64,000 nucleotides of DNA. Origin: Podarcis vaucheri (Eukaryota). Under the pieces are notes generated by a model. The model made no database searches. It worked only from the letters and a program-made list of their open reading frames with translations, and had not been told where the DNA came from. Below, piece by piece: positions 27,208 through 39,957 of this stretch. A program made the translations under genes and the position numbers. Each line of letters opens with the position of its first letter. Within the stretch, counting starts at the first letter, position 1. The stretch lies in the NCBI GenBank assembly GCA_965113315.1, contig OZ220374.1; one strand, 5' to 3'.

Positions 27208-29052
27208 TTATAGTAGATGATGGTGTAGCAAGCATGGGCTCAGGTTTTAGAACCTTGAATAGGTGATGTGAGTAAAATTCTTAGACAAATATGGTGGGAC
27301 TTCACCTCCATGTTGCAGAAGAGAATCTAAAGTTTATGTAGAGACCTCTAGAGGAAAATGAAAAAGCAGCTGAGTTCACTCTTACTCAGAGAGATATCGG
27401 CCCAGATTTATATTGTGATCTTGGGTCAAGTCATTTATGTACACAAATGTTCTCCTACGGTCAAAGGAAATGCAAAACTAAAATAAATGTACAAACCTTG
27501 CTGTTTACTTTTCTATCACATTTTCAATGAAAGCTTCTCCATATGTCATGCTATGAAATTCCATCTTTGTCCCCTCAACTAAATCCCCAGTCCACACATT
27601 GGTCACTTTCAGGTTGACTACTACAACATTTAGAACAATATGCAAACATAATAATGTCTAATCATATGTACCAATAGCAAACTTGTTCTATGAATCTGGT
27701 TTTTTAAAATAGCCAAACTGGCCCCATTTTTGCAAAAGGTGGAGGTATCAGTAGCCTCAAGGGAACCCCAAAATCAGCCGTAGTACAAAACACTTTAGAG
27801 AGAAATTAGGCCAGGACTTTGGATGACAAAAACAGCTCAAATGAACATGCTTACTGGGCCTAAAATACTGATGGGGAGGGGAAGGAGAACAAAAACCCAC
27901 AAGCAAACAAACTACTGCATTTGAGAACAGCTTAGGTGAACCTTTAAGGTGAAAAAAAGTGGCAGGCAGATTCCTGGGAAAGAAAGAAAATGTGAGCAGT
28001 ATCTTCATGCTTTAAGGGGGGAAAGTGTTTTTTCAAAAAACATCTAAAAAGCCCTGCTTCAAAGCCTGCTGTTTGAAGTTAAAAGCTTCCACATCCAACT
28101 GGCGAACTCTAGCAGCTAATGCAGAGAGTGAATCTGAACATATCAGGTGTAGAGTTGTTACTTAGCAATCACAGCAGGCCAACTGTTCAAGTTGGTCAAA
28201 CTACTGGAGAAGAGAAAAAATTCTGAAAGTTGCACAGCTAGCCTGAAGTTCGAGGCAAAAAAGAGGAGCCTTTCCTATGTATCAAAAAGTGAGTTAATAA
28301 TCTTGCTGCTGCACGAAGACACACAGAACTGTCTAATTTAAGATAGAAGGAAACTGTTAAATATTATCAAATGCATACCATGAGGGGATGTATATAATGC
28401 TATGAGGTTGAGCTACAGTGTCTCTGAGGTTCATAGCCTCCCCCCTTTTCCTTGGCCTGTGCAGTTGAGGCTCATTTTTTAAAAAATGATTTAGCATTAT
28501 GTTTGAACCAAGTCATTGATGCTATCAGTAGCGTAAGGTCTTGAAGTGTAGTTGATGTTTCAGAAGGCCTGATTTAGCACAGAACACAGATCGGTTTTTC
28601 AGGCCTTCTCTTTGGCTCATAACTGTGTTGGCATAACTAGAGAGTTGCATTAGAGGGAATTACCTCTGGTGACAGGAATCACTGTGAAAACTCAATTATA
28701 ATTATGGTAATAATAAAACTATTTGGTTGTTAAAAGACCGTTGAATGCAGAGAGACTGCCTTTCTGATCTACAGATACTAGGACACAAACATATATATAA
28801 CTTTGCTGTCAATCAAAAATATGAGAAAAGCAGTAGAAGCTCCTTTCAGGTATCCTAAACAATCTGGGGAACAAGATGCAAAAAATAAAATAAAAAATCA
28901 TTTACAGGTAGATGCTCTATTCAAGGGGCTAATTTAGAGAGATAATCTTCTCTAAATACTTTACCAACTACACTCCGCCCATAAACTGGATTTTCCCACC
29001 TAAAAGGTAGGAATACCTGTCTGCTTCATGGGAGAATCCCTTAGCAGTAGAC

Positions 29053-29063
29053 GATAGATAGAT

Positions 29064-29111
<48 letters not shown>
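29053..29111. repeat. (GATA)n microsatellite
   Basis: Direct reading. Confidence 0.95.
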
Positions 29112-30247
29112 TGAGATACCTATATACAGCAAAACATAGAATCCAACAAATATTAATTGCCCTCTTCTTAGCCCTGGTAAGCTTACCTAGTGGTGGTGAA
29201 AAAAGGATTTTTGGCTCAGGTGAGTGGTGGGCTTCGCTGGAGGGATTATAACAACTGTATTGATATTTGTGAGCCACATCTTATGTGCATATCTCTCTCT
29301 AGATCAGTGCTTAAAGCTACGACTAGTACACAGAGCAACAGCTGTGCCATCTCTAAGACACCACATTGCAGGGCTGCATCTTCTTTAATGTAGCAAGTTT
29401 TCAGCTCAAGAATAATCTCAATAAAACGGAGCCAGGATAAAATTTTATGAAGTGGCTTCATAGAGCAGAAGGGTTGCTAATATGCAAAGCTAGTAAATTT
29501 GCTTTGGAAGGAGCACAAGTTGATAAATCTTCCCAGCGATGCTTTCTGTCGATTGCTATTGTAAGATATATTTTACTTAAAATTAGGATTGTCTGAAGCT
29601 CAGTGGATCTAATTATTTGTAATTACCCAGTTGTTGTCAGTATGTGGTCATTTTATGACAGCAGTAGCAAGTGTGTGGGTCAGGTTCAACTGTATATCTT
29701 TTCAAACACAGAATTAATGTACTATTGATAAAACCATTACTAGAACCAAATTAAAGTCTGAGCTGATGTATTGGTCCACAGGGTGCTGTCAGACATGAAA
29801 GGAGTAATTAGTATTCATTACTTCATACTCTACAACATTCCAATTATTAATGAACTTCAACTGTTGGTCTGCACCATATCTATCATCTGCCTCTTTCCAG
29901 TCTTTCTTTATTAGGGGGGGGGGGGAGGGACAAACACTGACACAATTCCTAAAATTAAGAAAGCATAAAATGTTGAAAACTTTGCTAAACTTTGCTGCAA
30001 AAACTGGTGCTTGAGACCTGTACAACATGTGATCAACTATTTAATGGATTATGTTTTTAAAATGAAAGGAAGGACTCAGTCGTATGCACAGACCAATTAA
30101 ATCAATCACTGCTTATTCAATTCTATGGGGAGAACATGCATTACACCAACAGAGAGAATTGTGGCACCTCCAGAAATGAATATATTTATTGCAGCATTCA
30201 CTTTTGTTAGTGAAGTGTATCCTCATTTGGAAGATCCCCTCGTCTCT

Positions 30248-30252
<5 letters not shown>

Positions 30253-30284
<32 letters not shown>
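30253..30284. repeat. (CA)n microsatellite
   Basis: Direct reading. Confidence 0.95.
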
Positions 30285-30286
<2 letters not shown>

Positions 30287-30399
30287 CAATTTAATTCATC
30301 TACAGATGTAGCCAAAGCCCCACAATTCACCCAACCACCAACAGTGAGGCATCAGGAGACCTGGGGGTAAGCCCAAGATTTGTCTAAGTAAAAGAAGTA

Positions 30400-30813
30400 C
30401 TGTATTTTTTTGTGTATAACGCGCCCCCATGTATAAGTCGACCCCTATTTTTTGGGACCACAACAAAAAAGGGGGGTGAATTGTCCAAAGTTATTGAGCT
30501 TTTTTTTGGGGGGGGGAGATTGCCCAGAGTCATTGAGCTTCTTTGGGGGGGGGCACAGCCTGCCTGCCCACCACTGCAAATTGCATGCATTGCCACAGTC
30601 AACAATCGTCTGCACACTCGCTGCCAACTGCCGTAAATCGACTGCCCAGTTGCCACAGCAACCAATCACATGCCCAATCACTGCTGCCAATCTCCTGCTG
30701 GCTTCTGCCACCAATCGCCCATCCACCCTCTGCTATCTGTGTATAAGACAACCCACAATTTTGGCCAATTATTTCTAAGGAAAAAATATCATCTTATAAA
30801 TGGGAAAATATGG
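30400..30813. mobile_element. Older pogo/mariner-type MITE
   Basis: TA|CTGTATTTTT...GAAAATATGG|TA with degenerate TIRs and subterminal TATAAG motifs. Confidence 0.65.
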
Positions 30814-31364
30814 TATTTGTAATCAAATGGGGGGGAAATTATTTGACTGTAGCTGTGATTGGGCGCAAGTTTGTCCAACTCCTTCAACAAAAAAACCAAA
30901 ATGTAAAAAAATAATCCTCTATACCCTTGTATTAATTTACCATTTACAATTAACAACACGCCTAAGTGTCTGGTGACAATTAAGTTCACAAAAGTTCAAA
31001 TAATGTAGTTCACATAAACTCAAAGAATGTCCCCATTCCCATCCATACATGCAATTTTAAGTGTTGTCATGTTGCAGTTTCCTTAAGTCACAGACAGGTG
31101 GCTCTGTGAACTACAGCAATATGACCATCTTCTGAGAGCTGCCAGGCCATTGAGGAGCAGCAGCAGGTGGCCCAACAAATGGTCCAGGCGAGGTACAAGG
31201 GAACTGTCACAACAGGTCTGGGCTCTGCTGCCCCTGCACAAATTATGCCATTTCAGCCTTCTCCTCCAAGCAGGATGGCTGCTGAAGAGCTGTCCTAGGT
31301 TGTTGTGACTCTACCTCTGCTGCCTACCGCCTCCCTCCTCCTCCTCACGAGAGAAGGTCTAAAG

Positions 31365-31500
31365 CAGTGTTTCCCAAACCTGGCTCTCCAACTGTTGTTC
31401 GACTACAACTCCCATCATCCCTAGCTAGTAAGACCAGTGGTCAGGGATGATGGGAATTGTAGACCAAAAGCAGCTGGAGATCCAAGTTTGGGAAACACTG
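31365..31500. mobile_element. hAT-type palindromic MITE
   Basis: TIR CAGTGTTTCCCAAAC; perfect 8-bp TSD GTCTAAAG. Confidence 0.9.
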
Positions 31501-32706
31501 GTCTAAAGGGGGTTGGGGGGGGTTGGGATGCGTCCGGGGAGATGGGGGCATTTGGCAGGCCCCCAGCTGGCCACAGCCACCAGCCAGCAGCTGGGCAAAA
31601 TCCGGTTCTCGGAACAGCATTTATCAGCAACTCAAGCCTCAGAAGTCTTCAGAGACTGAGCACGCTCTAATCAGCAGAGTGAATAAATCTTCACAACGGA
31701 AGTGGCAGACAGAGGCATATGTAAGCATATTTACAGGCGTTTATTCAGCATCAGGAACAAAGGAAAATCATGTCTGCTTCCCTTCGTGTCCAAGCAATAC
31801 AGCAGTATAGCAATAGCTGTATACAACAGACATTCCCAGCAGACTGTGCTGGAAGTAAACAGACAGGTGACATACAATAACTCCACATGCCTGTTCTAAA
31901 GGTGGAATGGAACTATATCCTAACATGGGGTTCCTTCATGGCTTCCCTCGGCTGCTACAACCTTTTGCCTTCTTACACAAGATGCTCTTACACAAGAGAG
32001 TGGTCTGTTTGTCTGTGGTTTGCCTGGGCCACTGAACCTTCCTTCCTCTCCTTGTGGGAGAAGGTCTAAAGAAAGCGGAGTGTTCCTTCATGGCTCACCT
32101 GGGCCACCTCCCTCTTCCTCACAGGAGAAAGTCTAAGGGGAGGAGGCCGCTTGGTGAGGTTTAAGAAGTGTGGGGAGAGATGCAGCTGTCCCTCCTTAGT
32201 ACCTTTAATGTCTTTCCCCACAGGTAAGTGGCACCTGGTTTGGAGGGTTTATCACTCCCTCCCTCAGGCAGGAGCCTTGGGATCCATAGCAACTGCTGAA
32301 GTGGAAAGAAGAAAGTCTAAAGGGTTGCCATGGCAGAGTGAAAGGGAGACAGGATGGAGGTGGAGGAAAGAGTGAGAGGAGGTTGCAAGCTGGGCAAGCA
32401 GCGACACATCCCCCCAGATATACACCCACACATGTTGTATATGTAGGCCTATTGTCAAGAATATATTGTGAGAACCCAAAACTTTTAATTTCCTGGTGGC
32501 ACATTTCCCTTTCTTTAAGACAACTTTTCTCAACTAAATGGAAGACTATTTGAATGGGCACAATTAGGAATGACAGAGGCAGACCACTGGTCCACCAAGT
32601 TCAATATTGTCTACAATGACTGGCAGCACCTCTCCAGGGTTTCAGACAGGTGTTTCTCCTAGTCAATGCCAGGTACAGGTAGTAATCAATGCCAGGTATA
32701 GCTGGT

Positions 32707-32842
32707 AACAACAACAGCAGCAGCAACAACAACTTTATTATTTGTACCCCGCCCATCTGACTGAGGCTGCCACTCTGGACAGCTTCCAACAAAATCTAAA
32801 AACACAATGAAGCAACAAACGTTTAAAACTTCTCTATACAGG
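32707..32842 (-). mobile_element. L2 3' end fragment
   Basis: ccccgcccatctg...ccactctggacagcttcc next to an AAC/AGC tail. Confidence 0.7.
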
Positions 32843-33134
32843 TAGGAATGACCCATGTCTAAAACTCTGGCGAGACACTGCTAGACAGTGTTAGATAACA
32901 TCAAGTTAGGTGGACCAGTGGTCAAACTCTGTTGTTCCTAAATAGGGACAATATGTGCACCCATATATTGTGTTGTTTCTATTAGGGTTCTGATGTTTGC
33001 ATAAAGATTTAGATTCTACAAGAGACACGTCCAAATTTCCAGTATCAATACACCTGTTTCACAATGCACTGCCTAAAGGAACAATACATCAAAAGGCACA
33101 GGAGCATCATCTACCTCTTCCAGAAGGTACTTAC

Positions 33135-33257
33135 TTCCCCTTTTTAACCGTGTTCCTTCCAAGCAGGGGATCAAGGACAGGGTCTACTGCTTCATCCAAA
33201 TTTTCAATCAAGACAACATCCCCACAAGCCAAAGCTCTTTCAATAGTTTTCAGGAAC
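33135..33257 (-). CDS. DNAH11: DNAH11 exon L ([41 protein letters not shown]), AAA5
   Basis: ataaag acceptor, AA|gtaagt donor, 123 nt. Confidence 0.95.
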
Positions 33258-33492
33258 CTTTATGTAACAACACAAAATAGGATTAGAAGACGATACTATG
33301 GGTGGATTACTAACATCTATAGAAAATGAAGAAATTTGGGAAGCTGGGAACTGAAGTAATCTGACGGGGTAAAGCAGGGGGAATTGTAGTGCAGCAGAAA
33401 TACCCATGTAAGTAAATCTGGATTATATGACACTACTGCTTTCTGAATTTCTCTCTCTGTATGGGACTGTTAGTTGTCAGTGGTGGCACATA

Positions 33493-34222
33493 CCGTATTT
33501 TTCGCCCTATAAGATGCACTTTCCCCCCTCCAAAAATGAAGGGGAAATGTGTGTGCGTCCTATGGGGCGAATGCAGGCTCCTTGGCTTCAGCGATAGCAA
33601 CGCGAAGCCTCCGAAGCCTGCGCTCCGGAGGCTTCGCGTTGCTTCCGCTGAAGCCAGGAGAGTCTGCTCTTTGAGGCTGGCGGTGGGGGGAAGCAGCGCT
33701 TCCCCCACCTCATAGAAAAGCCCGTAGGAGCCACGCAGCCTTTAAAGAGTGCACCGCTCTTGGGGGCTTTTCCCCAAGGAGGGAGAAGGGACTGACTGGC
33801 CAAGTCCGTCCCTTCTCCCTCTTGTGGGCTTTTGCAGGAGATGGGGGAATTCCCCCACCTCCCACAGAAGCCCGCAGAAGCTGTGCGCTCTTTGAAGGAG
33901 CTGTGCGGCTTCTGCTGGCTTTTCTACGAGGGGGGGGAATTCCCCCACCTCGTAGAAAAGCCCGCAGGAGCCGCACACCCTTTAAAGAGCGCGCCGCTCT
34001 TGGGGGCTTTTCCCCGAGGAGGGAGAAGGGACTGACTGGCCGTTTCAGTCCCTTCTCCCTCCTGGTCGAAAAGCCCACAGGAGTCGCGTGCGGCTCCTGT
34101 GGGCTTTTGCGGGAGGTGGGGGAATTCCGCCACCTCCCGCAAAAGCAGGGAGAAGGTCTTGGAGTAGCGGAAAACTAGGTGTGTCCTATGGGCCGGTGCG
34201 TCCTATAGGGCGAAAAATACGG
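33493..34222. mobile_element. pogo/mariner-type non-autonomous element with a GC-rich palindromic interior
   Basis: TA TSD; TIR CCGTATTTTTCGCCCTATA(A/G)GA(T/C)GCAC; 240-bp internal duplication. Confidence 0.9.
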
Positions 34223-34790
34223 TACCTCTCTATTCCCCTTCCTAGAAGGCATCTTGAATGGATCAAGGGGAGGGGAAGCACTGAGAGACACCCCCCCCAA
34301 CAATATAATAGTGTTCTACTCTACAGCACAAGAGAGGTCAGCAAACTTTCCCCAAAGCTTCCCATCCTACAAAACCTTACAGTAGGCTAGCGATGATCTG
34401 GCTCCTTGCTTTCACTCCCTGCTCAATCTTTGGATTCATACAAAAGTGAAAGTGTCCAGGCTACCTGTTTTTGTTTTGCCCTAGATACACCTGAGGAAGC
34501 TTGAACAATTGTATGCTTGTTGGAGGGAGGATCCCAGTGGCCAAATCATAGACCTCCTGTTCCGTAGCACTGGAAACCAGCTACCAGAGAGCATTACCCA
34601 ATGCCTGCGTTCAAGTTTAACAGCTTGATACATTGCAGTGAAGCACCTGAGATACATTCAGTGAACTAGGAGGGCTCCCTGCAGTGGCAGATTTGATAAG
34701 CACAGAGTTAAACAGAAGTGAGAGGAGATCTATTCTGAAGCAGCAATGCCAACTTTAGACTATATAGGTTAAAAACCACCTTGGCTGGAA

Positions 34791-34850
34791 AAGAAATGTA
34801 TCATGTTGTCATTTATGCATAAGAAATGTATCATGTTGTCATTTATGCAT
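34791..34850. repeat. Exact 30-bp tandem duplication
   Basis: AAGAAATGTATCATGTTGTCATTTATGCAT twice. Confidence 0.95.
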
Positions 34851-34877
34851 AGGAGTACCTTTTCAATGCACACATAC

Positions 34878-35113
34878 CCCTTCTGTCCTAGATGTATGAT
34901 TTTAAGGTCAGCTCCATATTTATTCTTTATCCATTTTATTCCTTGAAGTTGAGGGTCTATGAGAAGTGGCCAGCGCTCGCAGTTTGTAAGAATAGAGGCG
35001 TTTTCGGTTGACATTCTGTCACTGGGCAGACCTTCATTATTCCATGCCGCAATTGTTGCATCATCCGTCAACATGGCAATCACGTCTAAGTCTTCACTGA
35101 CTGGAATGCGAAT
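34878..35113 (-). CDS. DNAH11: DNAH11 exon K ([10 protein letters not shown]...[16 protein letters not shown]...[17 protein letters not shown]...QKG), AAA5
   Basis: ccaaag acceptor, GG|gtatgt donor, 236 nt. Confidence 0.95.
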
Positions 35114-35345
35114 CTTTGGAGCAAAGAGAAATATAACTTTATAATAAAGTTAGCAAAAGAGCCAACAAGATGGTATTGTGAATAAGGGCAGACAGAATCT
35201 ATTTGGCAATGGCACATTGGGTAAATAAATTGCATTCAGTTGGAGAAAAGCTGAACTGCATTTTCGTAAAAACAACAACACCATGCTGAAACAGAATCCA
35301 GAGACACAAGAGTTCCATACCAAGTTTTGCATTGCAAACACTCAC

Positions 35346-35519
35346 TTCTTGAGATTTCAGAAATGGAAGCCACATGCGTTCCATCAGCTCTTGGCGATAG
35401 GGTTTGGTGAAGGATCCAATGTAAGAAACAAAAGCTGCCGTTAATAAAACATCCCCACACACTGTTATTTCTTGCGCTTCAAATGTTTTAATAGATTGGG
35501 TCCAGCGAACGTTTTCAGA
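35346..35519 (-). CDS. DNAH11: DNAH11 exon J ([10 protein letters not shown]...[24 protein letters not shown]...KSQE)
   Basis: tttcag acceptor, GAA|gtgagt donor, 174 nt. Confidence 0.95.
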
Positions 35520-35546
35520 CTGAAAGACAAAATTATAAAATAGCAT

Positions 35547-36064
35547 TGTCGGCCAATTGGTGTCAAAAGGGGATAGAACTTTTTTTATGTATGCTACAAC
35601 AGCAGCAAGAATACTCATCGCGAAGTATTGGAAGACACAAGATCTACCCACTCTGGAAGAATGGCAGATGAAAGTGATGGACTATATGACATTGGCTGAG
35701 ATGACAGGCAGAATCCGTGACCAACGAAAGGAGACGGTGGAAGAAGAATGGAGAAAATTTAAAAGCTACCTTAAGGACTATTATAAACTTAATGAATGTT
35801 AAAGTGTTGTGGTTTTCAGAGACAAAGGGATACAGTGATATAAGGTCAGAATATAGAGAAGACTAAGATGACAGAGGTTGGAAGTAACAATTGGGAGTTG
35901 CTAAAAATTATGGACATTGGGATGCAGAAAGGGGGGGGAAGGGGAAGTCCAAGAAAAGAGGCTTATGAAAATATGGTATGAAACTATACGTGTATGTTTG
36001 TCTTTTTAAGTGTTTGTTTGTTATTTAAAAACTTTGTAAAACCAATAAAAATTCTATAAAAAAA
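35547..36064 (+). mobile_element. 5'-truncated L1-clade LINE: ORF2 C-terminus, 3' UTR and poly(A)
   Basis: ORF 35557-35802 ([11 protein letters not shown]...P.LEEW) resembles an L1 ORF2 end; AATAAA and A tail; 18-bp TSD AAAATTATAAAATAGCAT at 35529-35546 and 36065-36082. Confidence 0.85.
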
Positions 36065-39000
36065 AAAATTATAAAATAGCATGGGGAAATCACACAAGTG
36101 GTTTGTTTTTTGTCTCAGATTAGAGTTTCTGCCAAAATGTGAAGATCAATTCAGTAGATTTAGGCAGGTTGAGTGCATTTGAGACAAAACACATAAACAG
36201 TCCACCAATCAATTAGTAATATGCTCTATGGTAAAGGCCAGGAAAAAGGGTATGCCAAGCAACATGTGATGAATCAATGATATACTGAGACAGCCCCATG
36301 GTTGTCAGTGAGGTCCAAGGTCCCAAGCCAGACCATATGGGGCTATCATTGCTGGCCAACCCATTAACAGCGTTTAGCATATATTAAGCAGAGATACGTA
36401 CAAAAACGCGATCTGTCTAATCATTCCGTACCCATGGCAAAACTTAGGTGCCCATCAAACCTCTTGCTGGGAAGAAACCCCAGTGTTATAACAAGATCTG
36501 TGATTTGGCAGAGGGCCTTCGGCTGGTGCCTACTTTGTGTATCTTGTGGCACCAACTGAAGGTCTCCTCTTCCACCAGGTCTTCTCAATTGGTGGTGTGA
36601 GTGCTTGCAATGTAGATGTCAGGCACATGGTAACATGGTCATAATGCAACATTTAATAAATGGAGTGGTGATAATGGTTTAAAAATTTTATATTATTCCC
36701 TTTTTGTGATCTGCCCTGACACCACTTGTGATGAGGGACAGGATACAAATCCTATAATCAATAAACAAGCAGCTACACATTCACAGGCTCTCAGAGAATG
36801 AAGCTGAAATTTCAAAACACAGCTATTAAACTGAACTTCAATATGCAGAAAGTATGCCCAGCAAAGGAGATTACAACAGTTTTTGCTGTTTAAAGTAGCA
36901 GCTATTACACTCCACAATTCTATATTATTTCAATATAAAACATTCTTGCTATCTGGTATCTTTTACAGAACCTATTAGTTCCTTTCTTAAATCACTAGCT
37001 GAAGTGAACCAAACAAACCCATTAACTTGCAGGAGGGAATTTTGATTTATCCATTCTCTTTCCCTCATTGTCACTGGCTGGTAAGTCATAAACAATAAAG
37101 TGCACCTACCTCATTCTACAAACTAGCTTTGAAATCTGAGGATTTACTAAACATAGAATGATTGTCTATTTAAATCTTCAGTAATTTTACTGTACCACCC
37201 CAGCATCATAAATCACAAGTGACATTGGCTAACAAGGGTTTAAGAGTTGGAACATGTAGTGTAATAAATTTCCAGACAGTTAAAAATCATTATAATTTTA
37301 TTCTAATGCATTATAGATTGCCTGTAATATCATCCTGGCCGGGGTGACCCATTTCTAATTTTGAACAGCTGTTCAGCTCGGGAGTTAGTTAATGATTAAA
37401 TATAAATTGCCTGATTTATTAGTCTGAATGGTTGAGCTTCCAGGTCAATGGCATATAGACAAAATCATCAGTCTTGATGCTTTTCAGAAGTTAACTGTCT
37501 CCTGTTTAAGTCAAAAAGAATTTATTCTCTGAGGAAAAGTGTTGATGCTCTCAATTAATTGTTATATTTTCTTTTTCTTTCTTAGCTTACACAAGTACTT
37601 TTAAAGTGGAGAGGACTGTCACTGTTTGGTAGTAACAGAAACTTGGAGAATTCTAACACAGTAGCAACTCAAGATATAAGCAAGGCATTGCAGGACCCAA
37701 TGAAGGATATGCAATTCTTTTTTAAAAAATATTTTACCAACTTATAATGTTGATGCAATGCAATTTCCCCTTCAAAACTACTCTGGAGTAAATGGAATGC
37801 AAGCTGCAGGGCACCTCAGCTCTAATTATTTTTAGCAGTGCAATCCTATGCAGGTTTAATCATAAGTAAGACCATAGATTCCAGTGAGACTTACTCCTGT
37901 GCATTCTACTGGTTTCCAACAGCTCAATCCTATACATTAGATATGGGGACCTTTGGCCTACCTGGTATTGATGAACCACAACTCCCGTCATCCCCGGCCA
38001 CTGGTCATGCTTGTTAGGAGTAAGGTAAGTTGTAGTTCATCAAGATCTGGACGTCCAAACACTTCCCACTCTTGCTATGCAGTTTTACCTTGGTTGCTGA
38101 ACACGATGCATTCTGGGAGTCCAATAGACTCCCAGAACCATTCAAAAACCAAGGCACGGCTTCCGATGGGTTGCAGGAACGACCCACAAACCACTTTTGA
38201 AATTCCTTGTGCGCATTCTCTGTGCATGCCTGTCTGTTTTCCCATACACACAAATGGGTTCCCTGGATCCCACTGATTTCACTGGCTTAGTGCCATTATG
38301 TTAAAATTATTAAATAAATAATTAAATAATTAAAACAACTATGTGCAAACTAACCATTAAATCATCATCTGTTTTGATATGAGGATGCTTTTCTGCAGAT
38401 GAAAATAATTAGAAAACTAAACTCCTTATAGAGGGTGTGCTTTTTTGTTAATTAAGTGTATATTCTATACTTATTAGAATAAGATTAATGCCTTTTATGA
38501 ACATAAGAAACAATGCACTGACTGTAGCCCACTTATCCAAAGGTTAAGTGCATTGTGGGTGGATACAAAATGACTCCATCCTGACCTGAAGATTATTCAG
38601 TCTCAGTGCTCATTAACCAAAGGCTGACTATGCTGTCAGAAAGTGTTCACTTTTCTGTACAGATCTAGCGACTTAGTTACAGAGACCTTTCTCTGGGGAT
38701 ATACAACCCACGGAGCAAACATATCGCATATGATGCAAAAACAGCAGCCTAATGTCTAGGGCTGGATAGCCAATTAGGCTAAATACACTGTAGGGGAAGG
38801 CACCTGCAACAATATCTCCCCGCCCACCAAAAAATAAATTTCTACAGTATAATTATTCCAGAGTTCTGAAGTGTGCGTACTCATAGAGCTCCTTAAAGGA
38901 ATAAATAAACAATTATCTTAGCATCTCACTGGGACATATGGAAATGAACTTCTTAAGTATGTCTGGTGGTGGAGCGCATGGTGATTAAGATGAAGTCCCA

Positions 39001-39741
39001 GTTAAAAAAAATGATGTTAATTTCTAGCCCAGGCAATCTCTAATCTAATCAGCCTAGCTATTGGAGCCTGAACAGACCTAGACTTTTCAGGAACCACCCA
39101 GGAGCCATCATCTATGAAATTCCATCTATTGTTCAATAAAAATTAAAATAATTCTCTACATCTTCTATTCAATGAGAGAGAAGGAATGCTATATAAGCTG
39201 CTTTTCCCAATAATTTCCCAATAAGTAGCAAACTTTCTCCTAGAGTTCAGATCAAGGAGTCTCACTGCTGCATGTAACTGGGAGGTGAAATCTTTGGTGC
39301 ACACTTTAGTCATGGATAATAAGGAGCAATGAGGACGATTACTTAAGTAGTAAGATAGATTCTTCTTATGCTCAATGGAAATGTGTTATTATTTCACAGA
39401 GTTCAGTCCTGGTACTGAAAACTGGTTCTGGAGCTAAGCTCCAATAAACTCTGCCTCAAATTAATCCTTTCGTGTGCACACTCCTTTCGTGTACACCACT
39501 CCAGTAGGTAGGGAAGGAGAGCAAGCAAGATGCTCCCTGCTGGGGCAGCCTCACAATATCCATGTCGCCATATTGGTTAGCATTTTTCCTCTTCCTGTTA
39601 GTTTAAAGCGGCTCTCATTTCAGGCATCTAAAACCTGACACTCCAGAAATATTTCATTTCACCAAGACCCTTCTCTTGAATACAGGTTCGCCTGCTTTGA
39701 GCAGAACTCCTGAGAATGATATTAATGAATATCCTACTTGC

Positions 39742-39876
39742 CTCAAGTCCTTTAACAAGCCTGTTAGCCAGCTCTATAGTTTTATTGGTTCGGCTGACGT
39801 CTTCTTGACATCTGACTTTTTCTGCTGTTGCTTTTTCAAAGGATGCTGTGAGTTTGCACAGATTGAGATCCAGTTC
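39742..39876 (-). CDS. DNAH11: DNAH11 exon I ([20 protein letters not shown]...[10 protein letters not shown]), GC donor
   Basis: ctttag acceptor, GAG|gcaagt donor, 135 nt. Confidence 0.92.
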
Positions 39877-39957
39877 CTAAAGAGAGAGAGAGTTACTTTT
39901 CATTCACTTATTCATCATTCATTCTTCACATACTCCTGTTGGTGAATAATAAAAATA

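Noticed and set aside
33433-34390. Many overlapping ORFs and a repeat-spacer look suggesting CRISPR
   Set aside because: GC-rich palindromic MITE interior in a eukaryote; no constant repeat with unique spacers and no cas genes.
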